From NCBI GenBank assembly GCA_944387445.1, contig CALXEX010000002.1, positions 28,290-92,289 on the forward strand: a stretch of 64,000 nt of DNA. The letters run 5' to 3'. Shown here piece by piece: positions 39,468 to 49,537 of the stretch (within the stretch, counting starts at the first letter, position 1; each line of letters begins with the position of its first letter). The DNA comes from an uncultured Clostridia bacterium (GTDB taxonomy: Bacteria; Bacillota; Clostridia; TANB77; CAG-508). Made by a program: the position numbers and the translations under genes. The notes under the pieces are model-generated. The model was not told the origin of the DNA. It saw only the letters and a program-made list of their open reading frames with translations, and did no database searches.

Positions 39468-39714
39468 TTTATCAATCTCCTATTATTATTAATTTGTAAA
39501 TACTTTTATGATTATACTCAATATTATATATTTTTATGTTATTTTTTTCAACAAAATTCACCTGAAATCTTTTTTATTTTGTATAAATTTTATATAATAG
39601 AATTGCATAAAAAATGACCATAAAAAACCCTATTTCTTTCACATAAAATTCACAAATATATTGTATGATATGTTCAGAATAGGTTAATATATATATAATT
39701 AGGAGGTAATATAT

Positions 39715-40980
39715 ATGGAAAATAATAATCAAGAAAATGGAACAACCAATTCAAAATTTAAAACAGTTTCAAATCCAGGAAACTATAAAGCAGTTTATGA
39801 AGTAGATGATAAACCTAAAAAGAAATCAAATTTTGGAAGGAATGTTGTCTTACCATTTTTTAGTGGAATTGTCGGTTGTGCAGTTGTACTTGGTACTTGC
39901 TTTGGCGTTCCATCTATTCGAGAACAAATTATAGGAAGTGGAAATTCTAGTTCATCTAATAGTTCAAGTGCACAAGCATCAGGATATATTGACCAAGTTT
40001 CCTTATCTAATTATTCTGATACAGCTGTATATGCAGCAAATAAAATTTTACCATCTATTGTTGGTATACAAATTGAATATAATGTAACATCTATGTTCTC
40101 ACTATTTGGAGGAAATCAAACATCAACAGCTACTGCAACTGGTTCTGGTATTATTATTAGTGATGATGGATATATTTTAACCAATAACCATGTTGTTTCT
40201 TCTAGTGAAGCTGAAGCATATTATCAAGTATCAGAGGCTACTAAAATTACAGTTACTTTGTTTGATGATGATACACAATATGATGCAAAAATTGTTGGTA
40301 CTGATGAAGAAACCGATTTAGCCGTTATTAAAATTGATAAAACTGGTTTAACAAAAGCTGAATTTGCTGATTCTGATTCTATCAAAGTAGGAGAATTTGC
40401 TATGGCAGTTGGTAGTCCTTTAGGATTACAAAGTTCTATTACTTGTGGTGTTGTTAGTGCTGTTAATAGAGAAGTTACTGATACAGATGGAAAAACCTAT
40501 ACATTAATTCAAACAGATGCTGCTATCAATGCTGGTAATAGCGGTGGTGCTTTAGTAAATAGTGAAGGTAAAGTTATTGGTGTTAATACCTTAAAATTAA
40601 CTGGTGAAGATGTTGAAGGTATGGGATTTGCTATTCCAATTAATTCTACTACAGATATTTCTTCACAATTAATTCAATATAGTAAAGTAAGAAGACCTTA
40701 TATTGGTATTACTGGTATGGATTTAGATGCTGAAACTGCTAAGAGAAATAACTTAGTTGAAGGTATTTATGTAAAAGATGTTGAAACATTTTCATCTGCT
40801 GAAAAAGGTGGTATTAAAATAGGTGATGTCATCATTCAAGCTGATGGAAAAGATGTAAAAACAATGGATGAATTAAACGAAATCAAAAACTCACATAATA
40901 TTGGTGATGAGATGAAAATTAAAGTAAATAGAGATGGTGAGGAAAAAGAATTAACCATCACTTTAGGTGAACAACCTTAA
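39715..40980 (+). CDS. HtrA/DegP-family serine protease with PDZ domain
   Basis: TNNHV, DLAVIK and GNSGGALVN catalytic triad motifs. N-terminal TM helix and C-terminal PDZ domain. Confidence 0.85.
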   Translation: MENNNQENGTTNSKFKTVSNPGNYKAVYEVDDKPKKKSNFGRNVVLPFFSGIVGCAVVLGTCFGVPSIREQIIGSGNSSSSNSSSAQASGYIDQVSLSNYSDTAVYAANKILPSIVGIQIEYNVTSMFSLFGGNQTSTATATGSGIIISDDGYILTNNHVVSSSEAEAYYQVSEATKITVTLFDDDTQYDAKIVGTDEETDLAVIKIDKTGLTKAEFADSDSIKVGEFAMAVGSPLGLQSSITCGVVSAVNREVTDTDGKTYTLIQTDAAINAGNSGGALVNSEGKVIGVNTLKLTGEDVEGMGFAIPINSTTDISSQLIQYSKVRRPYIGITGMDLDAETAKRNNLVEGIYVKDVETFSSAEKGGIKIGDVIIQADGKDVKTMDELNEIKNSHNIGDEMKIKVNRDGEEKELTITLGEQP

Positions 40981-41213
40981 TTAAAATTTAATTTAAAAGC
41001 TTAGATATGTTTTTAAGAACATTTTCTAAGCTTTATTATTGCAATAAGGAACTTAAATTGTTTTAATAATTACTTCTTTTTCACTTCAAGTTCACACAAT
41101 GGACAAATTTACAGATTATAATACAAGCATAATCAGTAATTATTTACTGATTGAAATAAAAAAACATCCCCTTTTATTTTCAAAGAGAGAAGCTTCGAAG
41201 CTTCTCTCTTTTT

Positions 41214-42077
41214 TTATACAATTACTAAATCCATTTCACTTGTTAAATTTTCATTTCCATATGCATATATGATATAAATATTTCCATCTTTGATAAAAAA
41301 CACTTTCGAATTTTCTACTTTGTACATCTCATCTTCTGGATTTCTTTCAAAAACACTATATCCCAAAGAAATTAAATCTTGAACCCTTTGTTGTTCTGTT
41401 GTAATTTTATCTTTTACTTTTGCTTCTACATCTTCAACAGTCCATTGCTTATTAGTGATAACATCTTCCAAATGAACTTCTTTATTATTTTTCAAGTCAT
41501 AATTATATGTTTGAATAATAACCCTTTGTGCACTTGCTCCTTCTTTTAAATCTGATCTTATCATTAAAGATAAAATATCATTTTCAATCGTTGCTTCATA
41601 TTGCACACTATATATTGTATTTCTATTTTCCGTTTTTAACGTATTTTCCGCTTTATCTTCAAAAGTTTCTTTGATTTCTTGATTATATTGATCAATAATT
41701 TCATTATCTATATTAATATATGGAATATTTAAATGTAAATCATAACTATTTTCTTTACTTTCTTCTTTTGTATAATATGTATATATCAAATCTTGATTTT
41801 CATCTTTTTTCTTTACATCAACATCTATATTGTAATCTTCCAATTGATTCTGAAATATATTGTCAAAATTTGACACTAATAATTGATAATTCATATCATC
41901 CTGCGTCGAACTTGAACCACCAATTGTCACTAATCTATCTAATTCATCACTTCCGTAAAAAAATGACAAAATAACTATAATAATTGCTATAATGCAAGTT
42001 ATGATCGAAATTGTATAAATAACTATTGCTTTTTCATTCAATTTCTGTTTTTTGGGTAATATTACCTTCATATTCAC
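41214..42077 (-). CDS. Membrane-anchored DUF4163/DUF3298-like protein
   Basis: N-terminal TM helix, then a pattern typical of RsiV/PdaC N-terminal-type domains. Confidence 0.45.
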   Translation of the reverse strand: MNMKVILPKKQKLNEKAIVIYTISIITCIIAIIIVILSFFYGSDELDRLVTIGGSSSTQDDMNYQLLVSNFDNIFQNQLEDYNIDVDVKKKDENQDLIYTYYTKEESKENSYDLHLNIPYINIDNEIIDQYNQEIKETFEDKAENTLKTENRNTIYSVQYEATIENDILSLMIRSDLKEGASAQRVIIQTYNYDLKNNKEVHLEDVITNKQWTVEDVEAKVKDKITTEQQRVQDLISLGYSVFERNPEDEMYKVENSKVFFIKDGNIYIIYAYGNENLTSEMDLVIV

Positions 42078-42152
42078 ACTCCTTACAATATGCTTTTCAT
42101 ATAATTATACCATTTTTTTGAAAATATTTCAATACAAATGTTCTCAAATTTG

Positions 42153-42181
42153 TTGACTATTCGTTGAATTTGGGGTATGAT
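42153..42181 (+). promoter_or_regulatory. Sigma-A-type promoter upstream of the clp ATPase gene
   Basis: TTGACT, a 17-nt spacer, then TATGAT, about 40 nt upstream of the start codon. Confidence 0.5.
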
Positions 42182-42220
42182 ATATATTGTATATTTATAT
42201 AGAAATGAGGAGTTAAAAGT

Positions 42221-44587
42221 ATGTTATGTTCAGAATGTAATAAAAACCCAGCTATACTTTTTTATAAAAAAATTGAAAATGGTAAAGAATCTTTAGAAGG
42301 GTATTGTTATGATTGTGCAAAAGCAAAAGGCATCAACCCTAATGAAGTATTATATAAACAAAATGAAATTTTATCAAAAGATAATGTAAATTTAAATGAT
42401 ATGACAAAACAATTTGAAACCATTTTTAAAGATTTAGCTGAAAACATTAATTTAGAAGATATTGAAAATATCGATGGAGCCATTACGTTTGAAAATGCCG
42501 GAGACGAAGATGGTGATGGATCTGGAAAAGTGGCTGGTGCAGCCATTCCATTAAGTTCATTGTTTTCTAATATGTTTGGCGGAAATAACAACAATACGAA
42601 TAACAACAATGAACAAGAAATCAATAATGGCAGAAAAAAAGTAAAAGTAGAGAAAAAGAAAAATACAAAACAAAACAAAAAGAAAAAATTTCTAGATACT
42701 TATGGTACGAATTTAACAGCAAAAGCCAAAAACAATGAATTAGATATTGTTGTTGGAAGAGATAATGAAATTAAAAGAATTATCCAAATTTTGAATAGAC
42801 GTTCTAAAAATAATCCTTGCCTAATTGGTGAACCAGGTGTTGGTAAAACAGCAATTGCTCAAGGATTAGCCATTCGAATTGCTAACCAAAATGTACCTGC
42901 AAAATTATTAAATAAAGAAGTTTATTTGTTAGATATGACAGCTGTTATTGCAGGAACACAATTTAGAGGACAATTTGAATCTAGAATGAAAGGTATTATT
43001 GATGAATGTAAAGAATATGGAAATATCATTTTAGTCATTGATGAAATCCATAATATTATTGGTGCAGGTGATGGTGAACATTCTATGAATGCTGCTAACA
43101 TCTTAAAACCAGCACTTTCAAATGGTGAAATTCAATTAATCGGTACAACTACTTTAAAAGAATATAGAAAATATATTGAAAAAGATTCTGCTTTAGAAAG
43201 AAGATTCCAACAAGTTTTAGTAGAAGAGCCAAATATTGATGATACAATTGGTATTTTGGAAGGTATCAAAAAATATTATGAAGAATATCATAAAGTAAAA
43301 ATTTCTTTAGATGTGATTAGACAAGCAGTTATCATGTCTGAAAAATATATTCATGATAGATTTTTACCTGATAAAGCCATCGATATTTTAGATGAAGCTT
43401 GCTCAAGAATCAATCTAGAAAATAAAGAATTATTTACTTTAGAAAAATTAAAACAAGAATTAGAACAAGTCCAAGCTGAAAAAGAAGAAGTCATTGCTGC
43501 CGATTCTACAGAAGATTATCAAAAAGCAGCTGATTTAAAAACACGTGAATGTCAATTAATTGAACAAATTGATAAATTAAATAAAACAATGAAACCTAGA
43601 CAATTAACCGTTCAAGATATTGCAAACGTTATTGAAAGTTGGACAAAAATACCTGTACAAAAAATCACAGAAGCAGAAACACAAAAATTATTAAACTTAG
43701 AAACCAATCTTCATAAAAGAATTATTGGTCAAGATGAAGCTGTAAATGCTGTAGCAAGAGCCATTCGTAGAAATAGAGCAGGTTTAAAATCAACCAAAAG
43801 ACCACCTTCATTTATTTTTGTTGGTCCTACTGGTGTTGGTAAAACAGAACTTGCTAAAAGCTTAGCTTATGAAATGTTTGGATCTGAGGATTCTATTATC
43901 AGAATTGACATGTCAGAATATATGGAAAGCCATTCTACTTCTAAATTAATTGGTGCACCTCCAGGATATGTTGGTTATGATGATGCAGGACAATTAACTG
44001 ATAAGGTTAAAAGAAAACCATATTCTATCATTTTACTAGATGAAATAGAAAAAGCACATCCAGATGTATTTAATATTTTATTACAAGTATTAGATGATGG
44101 AATCTTGACAGATAGTCAAGGAAATTCTGTTAGCTTTTCAAATACCATTATCATTATGACATCAAATGCAGGTTCTAACTTAAACAATAATTCTATTGGA
44201 TTTGGAAACTCTATGGTAAGCAAAAATAAAATTATGGATAGCCTAAAAGATGTCTTTAGACCTGAATTCTTAAATAGGGTTGATGAAATTGTTACCTTTG
44301 ACCCATTAACCAATGAACAATTATTACAAATTGTTGATTTAATGCTAAATGATACAGTCAAAGCTTTATCAGATAAAGACATCAAAATGAATATGACAGA
44401 ATCTGCTAAAAACTATATCTTGGAAAAAGGAACAGACATCAAATTTGGTGCTAGACCATTAAGAAGAGCTATCCAAAGATATGTGGAAGATGAATTATCT
44501 GAAATGATTTTGAGACAACAATTATTAGATGGACAAACTGTCAATATTGATTTTGCAGATGGAAATTTAAAATTTGAAGTAAAATAG
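42221..44587 (+). CDS. clpE: ATP-dependent Clp protease ATP-binding subunit, ClpE-like (N-terminal zinc finger)
   Basis: N-terminus MLCSECNKNPA...GYCYDCAK (CxxC...CxxC). Two AAA+ modules (GEPGVGKT, GPTGVGKT). Confidence 0.8.
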   Translation: MLCSECNKNPAILFYKKIENGKESLEGYCYDCAKAKGINPNEVLYKQNEILSKDNVNLNDMTKQFETIFKDLAENINLEDIENIDGAITFENAGDEDGDGSGKVAGAAIPLSSLFSNMFGGNNNNTNNNNEQEINNGRKKVKVEKKKNTKQNKKKKFLDTYGTNLTAKAKNNELDIVVGRDNEIKRIIQILNRRSKNNPCLIGEPGVGKTAIAQGLAIRIANQNVPAKLLNKEVYLLDMTAVIAGTQFRGQFESRMKGIIDECKEYGNIILVIDEIHNIIGAGDGEHSMNAANILKPALSNGEIQLIGTTTLKEYRKYIEKDSALERRFQQVLVEEPNIDDTIGILEGIKKYYEEYHKVKISLDVIRQAVIMSEKYIHDRFLPDKAIDILDEACSRINLENKELFTLEKLKQELEQVQAEKEEVIAADSTEDYQKAADLKTRECQLIEQIDKLNKTMKPRQLTVQDIANVIESWTKIPVQKITEAETQKLLNLETNLHKRIIGQDEAVNAVARAIRRNRAGLKSTKRPPSFIFVGPTGVGKTELAKSLAYEMFGSEDSIIRIDMSEYMESHSTSKLIGAPPGYVGYDDAGQLTDKVKRKPYSIILLDEIEKAHPDVFNILLQVLDDGILTDSQGNSVSFSNTIIIMTSNAGSNLNNNSIGFGNSMVSKNKIMDSLKDVFRPEFLNRVDEIVTFDPLTNEQLLQIVDLMLNDTVKALSDKDIKMNMTESAKNYILEKGTDIKFGARPLRRAIQRYVEDELSEMILRQQLLDGQTVNIDFADGNLKFEVK

Positions 44588-44596
44588 GAGATTTTT

Positions 44597-45190
44597 ATGT
44601 TAAAACATGTACCAAACGCACTAACGATTATTCGATTTTTATTGATACCATTTATTGTAGTAAATATTTTTAATGGAAATTATATATTAGCTTTCATATT
44701 CTTCACAGTATCTGGCATTACAGATATTGCAGATGGATGTATTGCAAGAAAATTTAACTTGATATCTAACTTCGGAAAATTGATGGATCCTTTGGCAGAT
44801 AAGTTAACACAAATTGCCACACTGGCATCTTTAACCTTAATCCATATTATACCTATTTGGATATTAGCAGTTGTATTATTAAAAGAATTAATTATGATTG
44901 CAGGTGCATCCTTCCTTTATGGTAAAGATGTTGTGGTATATAGCAAATGGTATGGAAAATTGGCCACTGTCCTTTTCTACCTTGCCATTGTATTTTCATT
45001 ATTAATTAATCAATTTGATTTACCATCTATATGGTCTAATCTGGATTTATGGTTATTCTATTTAGCTTTATTTGCTACTGTATTTTCTTTATTAATGTAT
45101 ATTAAAGATGTATACAAAAAAGGATTTATTGATAAACAAGATTTGAATAAAGAAGTTACCATTGATAAAAAAGAAAGAAAAAAAAGATGA
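44597..45190 (+). CDS. pgsA: CDP-diacylglycerol--glycerol-3-phosphate 3-phosphatidyltransferase
   Basis: CDP-alcohol phosphatidyltransferase motif DGCIARKFNLISNFGKLMDPLADK. Confidence 0.85.
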   Translation: MLKHVPNALTIIRFLLIPFIVVNIFNGNYILAFIFFTVSGITDIADGCIARKFNLISNFGKLMDPLADKLTQIATLASLTLIHIIPIWILAVVLLKELIMIAGASFLYGKDVVVYSKWYGKLATVLFYLAIVFSLLINQFDLPSIWSNLDLWLFYLALFATVFSLLMYIKDVYKKGFIDKQDLNKEVTIDKKERKKR

Positions 45191-45218
45191 AACGCCCTAC
45201 TTAAGGCGTTTCGTCTTT
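45189..45218. terminator. Bidirectional terminator shared by pgsA and the small minus-strand ORF
   Basis: GAAACGCCCTACTTAAGGCGTTTC palindrome followed by TCTTTTTT. Confidence 0.6.
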
Positions 45219-45371
45219 TTTCAGTATGATCAGCACCCCTTCTCCTACTGAGAGGATAAAACCTCCCAGCCATACAAGAATGGGACCCACCGGTAATGCA
45301 TCACCGGTATTCATGCCCCATGCCAGGGCCATAATTATCAATCCTACAAGAAACAATACTTTTTTTTTCAT
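45201..45371 (-). CDS. Small two-TM membrane ORF (56 aa) in a G+C-rich islet
   Basis: AAGGAGGTAAAAAGATG start. Encodes MKKKVLFLVGLIIMALAWGMNTGDALPVGPILVWLGGFILSVGEGVLIILKKDETP. Not in the track. Confidence 0.5.
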   Translation of the reverse strand: MKKKVLFLVGLIIMALAWGMNTGDALPVGPILVWLGGFILSVGEGVLIILKKDETP

Positions 45372-45483
45372 CTTTTTACCTCCTTGTATTACTCGGAGGC
45401 ATACCCTCCGAGAATTATTATCCCCTTTGGGTACAGCATAAAGCTACCTTTATTATACCATATTTACATAATTTAATCAAATC

Positions 45484-45535
45484 TGAATTTATAGACATTG
45501 CACTTCATATGAATTTATAGACATTGCACTTCAAA
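45484..45535. repeat. Tandem direct repeat, 26 nt x 2
   Basis: TGAATTTATAGACATTGCACTTCA occurs at 45484 and again at 45510. Confidence 0.8.
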
Positions 45536-45608
45536 AAGCAACTCTTAAATTTAGCAAGTCTGTCCCTTTTGGTATCATTTTGGAACGATTTGGCACGTCC
45601 CCAACGTT

Positions 45609-46217
45609 TCACTCATAATCCTCAATTAATTGATTTAATTCCACTCTTCCATTTGCTTCAATTCCATTTTGTAATTCAATTCTATCTGTTTCTGTTAAAA
45701 ATTCTGTTGCAATGTCTGTTTCTTCTACTAATTCTTCTGTATCACCTGTTTTTAGATATACAACTACTTTCCCATCTTTTTCTCTTAACACATAATGTTC
45801 TCCACATTCACTATCAAAGTCTCTATATAATATAATTTGATTTCGTGAAAATTCTTCTATTGTCCAACCTTCATATTGTTCTTGCAAATCCTCTTCTGTT
45901 TTATTAACTAATTCAGTTGGAATACTAGCATATTGTTCAATCGTATGCCCACAATCATTATAATGTCTTCTAAATATAATGGAACAATTTGGAGATATTT
46001 TTTCTCCTTCTGAGCTTGTCTCCTCTACTAGGGTATTACTTTCTAGCATTTCTTCATATTCATCTGTACATTCGTCATAAATTTCTTTTTGACTTTGTTC
46101 CGCAATTTCTGTTTCTGCTTTTTTCTCGTCTGAAAAATTTTTTATTAAAATAGTGCCAATGACTGTTCCTAAGATAAATAATACAATAATAGCTGAAATG
46201 ATTATACTTTTTTTCAT
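45609..46217 (-). CDS. Hypothetical membrane-anchored acidic protein
   Basis: 202-aa ORF with an N-terminal TM helix. Weak resemblance to BofC-type C-terminal domains only. Confidence 0.4.
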   Translation of the reverse strand: MKKSIIISAIIVLFILGTVIGTILIKNFSDEKKAETEIAEQSQKEIYDECTDEYEEMLESNTLVEETSSEGEKISPNCSIIFRRHYNDCGHTIEQYASIPTELVNKTEEDLQEQYEGWTIEEFSRNQIILYRDFDSECGEHYVLREKDGKVVVYLKTGDTEELVEETDIATEFLTETDRIELQNGIEANGRVELNQLIEDYE

Positions 46218-46285
46218 TTTCCTATATTCCTTTCATATCCTTTTATAGTATTATTTACCTTTTTTTACAGTTTATACATTTTCTT

Positions 46286-46627
46286 TTAATTTGCTTTTAA
46301 ATAAGCAATAACGGCTTGTTTTATTAATTCATTAATAGAAATATTTTTTTCAATGGATTTCATTTTTGCTTTGTTATGAAGCTCTACACCTAATCTTACA
46401 TTTAAAGATCCTTTTGCCTGTTTCTCTGGTTTCCAATGATTTGCTTCACATACACTTAAATAATGGTCTATAGCATCTCTAAAATCTTTCTTTAATTCCT
46501 TAACTGTTTCTCCCTCAAATGAAATACTATCATTTTTTAATCCTTCTATTTCTCCACAAAAACATTCATCTTCATCACTATATTTGATTTCTGCCCAGTA
46601 TCCTCGATATTTCATAATATTTTTCAT
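46286..46627 (-). CDS. hicB: HicB-family antitoxin
   Basis: N-terminal HicB fold (YRGYWAEIKYSDEDECFCGEIEG) and a C-terminal RHH-like region. Confidence 0.8.
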   Translation of the reverse strand: MKNIMKYRGYWAEIKYSDEDECFCGEIEGLKNDSISFEGETVKELKKDFRDAIDHYLSVCEANHWKPEKQAKGSLNVRLGVELHNKAKMKSIEKNISINELIKQAVIAYLKAN

Positions 46628-46882
46628 TTATATTACCTCCCATTCTTTTAAATTATCTAATATTATTTTTATCTGATAGGGTTTTAATATGTTACTTGGG
46701 TGTGGTTTATGTATTTCGATTTTTTGAATTTTATCATTACAAAATTCTACTCTCGAACCAGAAGTTCTTCCTTTATTATTTTCATAAAATCCTAATTTAT
46801 TTAATAATGATTTTGCTTCCTCATATGTATAATCTTTTGGTTTTGATTTTAGTCTTTCTAATTCTTTTTCTAATTTACTTAT
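46628..46882 (-). CDS. hicA: HicA-family toxin with no canonical start codon
   Basis: The frame reads (I)SKLEKELERLKSKPKDYTYEEAKSLLNKLGFYENNKGRTSGSRVEFCNDKIQKIEIHKPHPSNILKPYQIKIILDNLKEWEVI. Its stop abuts the hicB ATG. AAGGGAG lies 9 nt before an ATA codon, and there is no in-frame ATG, GTG or TTG. Confidence 0.5.
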   Translation of the reverse strand: MSKLEKELERLKSKPKDYTYEEAKSLLNKLGFYENNKGRTSGSRVEFCNDKIQKIEIHKPHPSNILKPYQIKIILDNLKEWEVI

Positions 46883-47008
46883 TTTATTATACTCCCTTCT
46901 TTTATATTTTGCAACTATTTTTAGTTGCTATATTTTTCTATAAACTTTCTCACGCGAACCTTTCCTTTACGATTAACACTTATGCTAATTTCTCCATTTT
47001 CATCTGTT

Positions 47009-49537
47009 CTAAAAACCTGCATGCCGAAATGCTTGTAATCTTTCAAGAACAGCATTATTTGGATGTCCAAACATATTATTTTCTCCTACGCCAATGATAG
47101 CTACTTTACTATTTACTGCTTTTAAAAATTCTTCTGTTGATGAGCTTTTAGAACCATGATGTGCTACTTTCAATACAGTTGCTTTTAACATATCTAAATG
47201 ATTTTTATAGGTATCTAAAATTTTCTTTTCTGCCACTTCTTCTATGTCGCCTGTAAATAGCATACTAAAACTTTTATATTGTAATTTCATAACCATGGCA
47301 TTATTATTTAATATGTTTTCTTCTATTTGCTTTTCCATTGGCCATAAGATATGGAAAGTCACTTCTCCTATTGTGATCTTATCACCTACCTTTACTTCTC
47401 TTACCTTTAAATTCTTTTCTTTTACAATTTCTAAAAATGTTTCATAGTTCTCGCTTTTTTCCTCCTGTTTTGTAATAAAAACTTGTCCTACTTTAAATTC
47501 TTCTAATATTGGCAATATACCACCTACATGGTCTTGGTCAAAATGGGAAATCAATATATAATCTAATTTTGTATATCCTTTATCTAATAAATAAGGAATT
47601 AGGGTGTCTTTTCCTACATCAAATGTGTTAGATGTACTTCCACCTCCATCAATTAAAATAGTTTTATGATTTGGTGTGATTATAAAACAAGAATCTCCTT
47701 GCCCTACATCTAAAAAATGAATTTCTAAATTTTTTGGAAATTGATAGATACCGACTAAAAAAACAATGAAAAAAATAACTTTGTATGTTTTTACAATAAA
47801 AACTTTTACATTTCTTTCTTTTAAAATTTTCTGATATATTTTCCTTATCTTTTTCTTTTTTTCATAAAGTTTATATTTCGCGAGTGCAATTAAATTTTTC
47901 ACTCTTGTTTTGGTAGGATTTATATATTGGCTAGTATAAATCCTATATATTTGATTTCCTATCAATATCGCAATGTAATAAATAATGATAAATAAGATAC
48001 TTGGTGTTGGTACATATATTTTCGAAAATGGTAAATTCGCTAAATTCGAAATTTGTATGAAACATTTAATACCTAATGATAAAAAGATAGAGATAAACTG
48101 CGAAATTTGTAACTGTATAAATGAGCTAAAGACAAAAATAACGGATAAAAACATGATGGGAACAGTCACGATACTGACCAAAATATTGGTTATCACGAAA
48201 TAGATTCCTATCATATTAAAATGATAAAGCATAACTGGAAGAATCATCAGTTGTGCAGAAAGTGTAACGGCTATCATATCTTTCAAATTTTCTACTATTT
48301 GGGAAATTCGTTTACTTCTTTTTATGGATATATTATTTTTTATCCATTTTATATTATCAAAATACTGCTTTATGCTTTTATTGAATAAAATAATTCCTAT
48401 TGTACCTAAATAAGATAATTGTAATCCCACACCTGTAATGGCATAAGGATTTTGGATTAAAATAATTCCTAAAGAAATAGCAATAGATGTCCATATATCA
48501 TTTTTTCTATATACTAAAAATGCGACTATATTCATCATTCCCATGATTCCTGCTCTGACAATTGAACTCGTATATCCTGTTAAAGCCATATAAAATACCA
48601 ATCCAATGATAACTACATATTTTACATATCTTTTTCCTAACCATTTTTTAAAAAACATTTCTATTCCCATTATGATATAAATAATATGCATACCAGATAC
48701 TGCTAAAACATGAGAAATATTGGCTATTTGAAATTTTTCTTTTAACTCTTCGTCTAATGCTGTTGTATCTCCTAAAATTAATCCTTTTACAATTTGCTGT
48801 TCTTGCTCTTCTAATAAGTTTTCAATATTTTGGCTAATAACTAACTTTATATCATTCATACTTTTTTCAAACCAATTTGCATTATCTGAAGATATTTTTT
48901 TGTAGTTTTCAACTTTTAAAGTACCATATATATGAATGGATTTTAGATATAACTGATAATCAAACCCTCCTGTATTTCTTTGTTTACTCCCCTTTCGAAA
49001 TTCTCCTTGCAACATCACCTTATCTCCATATTGAAAGGAAATATCTTTTTTTACTTCTATATACATTTGTGTAGATTGATATTTATCAGATGAATTTACT
49101 GTTAATACGTTTAGTTTATATCGGTTTTTATATTCTCTTTCTTCTTGATTACTGACAATAATTCCTTCTACGATAATATTTTCTTCAGGATATAGATTTT
49201 CATATTTTTTTTCTTGAAATATAAGAATTGTATTTGAAATAATAGAACTAATGGTCATGAAACAAATAACTTGTTTTGTGAAAATTAATTTGATATATCG
49301 AACATATCGATGAATTGAAAATAATTGAAAAGATGTATTCTTTTTACTTTTAAAACACTTTCTAAAAAAATTAGACAAAAGCGACATGATTGAATTTTTT
49401 TGATTTTTCTTATAAAACAATATAGCTATTAGGATATATAAAAGGACTATACTAAAATGAAAGTATAGCCCCCATATAATTCCAATAATATATCCTATAA
49501 CTATAACGACAATTGGTCTTTTCAAATTTGCTATCAT
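47009..49537 (-). CDS. comEC: DNA internalization competence protein ComEC/Rec2 (3' end apparently frameshifted near 47026)
   Basis: Polytopic competence domain plus a C-terminal metallo-beta-lactamase domain (HFDQDHVGG). The expected C-terminus GMQVFRTDENGEISISVNRKGKVRVRKFIEKYSN continues in another frame to about 46925. Confidence 0.85.
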   Translation of the reverse strand: MIANLKRPIVVIVIGYIIGIIWGLYFHFSIVLLYILIAILFYKKNQKNSIMSLLSNFFRKCFKSKKNTSFQLFSIHRYVRYIKLIFTKQVICFMTISSIISNTILIFQEKKYENLYPEENIIVEGIIVSNQEEREYKNRYKLNVLTVNSSDKYQSTQMYIEVKKDISFQYGDKVMLQGEFRKGSKQRNTGGFDYQLYLKSIHIYGTLKVENYKKISSDNANWFEKSMNDIKLVISQNIENLLEEQEQQIVKGLILGDTTALDEELKEKFQIANISHVLAVSGMHIIYIIMGIEMFFKKWLGKRYVKYVVIIGLVFYMALTGYTSSIVRAGIMGMMNIVAFLVYRKNDIWTSIAISLGIILIQNPYAITGVGLQLSYLGTIGIILFNKSIKQYFDNIKWIKNNISIKRSKRISQIVENLKDMIAVTLSAQLMILPVMLYHFNMIGIYFVITNILVSIVTVPIMFLSVIFVFSSFIQLQISQFISIFLSLGIKCFIQISNLANLPFSKIYVPTPSILFIIIYYIAILIGNQIYRIYTSQYINPTKTRVKNLIALAKYKLYEKKKKIRKIYQKILKERNVKVFIVKTYKVIFFIVFLVGIYQFPKNLEIHFLDVGQGDSCFIITPNHKTILIDGGGSTSNTFDVGKDTLIPYLLDKGYTKLDYILISHFDQDHVGGILPILEEFKVGQVFITKQEEKSENYETFLEIVKEKNLKVREVKVGDKITIGEVTFHILWPMEKQIEENILNNNAMVMKLQYKSFSMLFTGDIEEVAEKKILDTYKNHLDMLKATVLKVAHHGSKSSSTEEFLKAVNSKVAIIGVGENNMFGHPNNAVLERLQAFRHAGF

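Noticed and set aside
42100-42220. CtsR operator upstream of the clpE-like gene
   Set aside because: No GGTCAAA direct repeat is present. Only a sigma-A-type promoter could be supported.
45058-45441. Track ORFs 45058-45273 (-) and 45226-45441 (+)
   Set aside because: Both are composition artefacts of the G+C-rich islet. The first overlaps the 3' end of pgsA and the terminator. The 56-aa ORF with an SD (45201-45371) explains the region better.
46696-47097. 133-aa plus-strand ORF
   Set aside because: It is antisense to hicA and to the displaced comEC 3' end, with an F/L/Y-rich low-complexity translation.
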